DNA from: a virus | DNA length: 64,000 bases | Strand: one strand, 5' to 3' | Virus record (IMG/VR): IMGVR_UViG_3300037244_000020 | Location: 1 to 64,000 of that record | Shown here: positions 62,907 through 64,000 of the stretch, piece by piece | How the letters are laid out: each line of letters begins with the position of its first letter | Position numbering within the stretch: the stretch's first letter is position 1 | The notes under the pieces: generated by a model | Seen by the model: the letters and a program-made list of their open reading frames with translations, nothing else | Databases searched by the model: none | What the model was told of the DNA's origin: nothing | Translations under genes and position numbers: made by a program

Positions 62907-64000
62907 ATGGCGGTAAATCCAGTACTCACGAACAATGCGTTTTCGCTCACAGTAGATGTTAGCGGCGCACAGGCTGCAGGAACTTTTGCAGCGGAGGCGC
63001 AGGTTTCGGCGCTGGCGGCTTCAGTAAGCGCTGCTACAGCCACGACTGAGGCGGCCATTGCGACCAGCGCCGCGACGAGCGCAACAGCCAGCGCTACCAG
63101 TGCGACAGCCAGTGCAACGAGCGCAACAGCCAGCGCGGCTAGTGCGTCCGCCAGCTCTGTTGCACTTACGGCGGGCCTCGCCTCGTTTAACAAGACATGG
63201 CTCGGCCCGCATACGAGCGACCCGACGCTGGATAACCAAGGCAATGCGCTCGTGATCGGCGCAGATTATCTGAATACCAGCGTCACGCCGAACACCATCC
63301 GAGTTTATACGTCGACGGGGTGGCAGGACCAAGACGCCACGGCGGAAGCTGCAAGCGCTAACGCATCACTGTCCGCCACTCAGGCTGCGACCAGCGCGGG
63401 AAACGCGGCGTCCAGTGCGACGGCGGCGGGTACGAGCGAAACGAACTCAGCCGCTAGCGCCACGTCAGCATCTGCGTCGGCTTCCACCGCGACGGCGCAA
63501 GCTACCAACGCGTCTAACAGCGCCACGGCGGCCGCCACGAACGAAACGAACGCTGCGGCGAGCGCGACGTCCGCCTCGGGCAGCGCCACGGCAGCGAGCA
63601 CAAGTGAGACCAACGCATCCGCCAGCGCGACGTCCGCCTCGGGCAGCGCGTCTACTGCGACGACGCAGGCCGGAAACGCGTCAACCAGCGCAACTAACGC
63701 AGCTACTTCGGCGAGCACTGCGACGACGCAGGCCGGAAACGCGTCAACCAGCGCAACTAACGCAGCGAACAGCGCTACTTCAGCTTCGAATAGTGCGTCC
63801 GCAGCGGCGACCAGCGAGACGAACGCCTCGAACAGCGCCTCGGCTGCCGCAACGAGTGCATCTAACGCGGCGGCTGCTGCCGCAGGACTGTCGGTCGTGA
63901 ACGGCGTGTTGAGCGTAGCAGTGAACGGCGGGGTGACGCTGACTGCTGACCAAGCCGCCAACGGCATCCACGTCTACACAGGCACGCTGGCGGCGGCCAC
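62907..64000 (+). CDS. side tail fibre, Ala/Ser/Thr-rich N-terminal part (truncated by window)
   Basis: Manual open frame MAVNPVLTNNAF..ATSETNA repeats to the edge. Confidence 0.82.
   Translation, partial: MAVNPVLTNNAFSLTVDVSGAQAAGTFAAEAQVSALAASVSAATATTEAAIATSAATSATASATSATASATSATASAASASASSVALTAGLASFNKTWLGPHTSDPTLDNQGNALVIGADYLNTSVTPNTIRVYTSTGWQDQDATAEAASANASLSATQAATSAGNAASSATAAGTSETNSAASATSASASASTATAQATNASNSATAAATNETNAAASATSASGSATAASTSETNASASATSASGSASTATTQAGNASTSATNAATSASTATTQAGNASTSATNAANSATSASNSASAAATSETNASNSASAAATSASNAAAAAAGLSVVNGVLSVAVNGGVTLTADQAANGIHVYTGTLAAA

Noticed and set aside
63540-63790. 63-bp repeats in the tail fibre
   Set aside because: Ordinary coding repeats of Ala/Ser/Thr-rich fibres
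1-64000. tRNA genes, integrase/att sites, lysis cassette
   Set aside because: None recognised by eye; tRNAscan-SE was not run and these may lie outside the window

Overview
A 64-kb slice of a tailed dsDNA phage genome with a lambda-like non-contractile (siphovirus) tail and a P22-type coat/scaffold head, probably infecting a proteobacterium (inferred; the host cannot be read directly). No integrase, tRNA, rRNA or CRISPR array was seen. Left arm (1-~37,030, mostly minus strand): an AEP primase-polymerase running off the left edge, a SNF2 helicase, a MazG-like NTP pyrophosphohydrolase and dozens of small early genes behind about 10 related sigma70 promoters. Accessory genes there include three signal-peptide proteins, a kumamolisin-type S53 protease, two RMF-like peptides, an acyl carrier protein, HU, a beta-clamp-like protein, a pentapeptide-repeat protein and a duplicated gene block. 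A non-coding palindrome/Fis-site array lies at 31.4-32.3 kb. Right arm (37,475-end, plus strand): terS, a Tad2/DUF2829-like gene, a GIY-YIG endonuclease, terL, portal, head, neck and tail genes, ending in a tail fibre truncated by the window. Top finding: terL is interrupted inside its Walker A motif by a 57-nt in-frame insert containing a TAG stop in an 18-bp hairpin, immediately downstream of a free-standing GIY-YIG endonuclease. This resembles the T4 gene 60/mobA ribosomal-bypass cassette. Also notable are an internally deleted mini-paralogue of the major capsid protein and cloverleaf leader RNAs that can pair with sites near the translation starts of three endonuclease-type genes.
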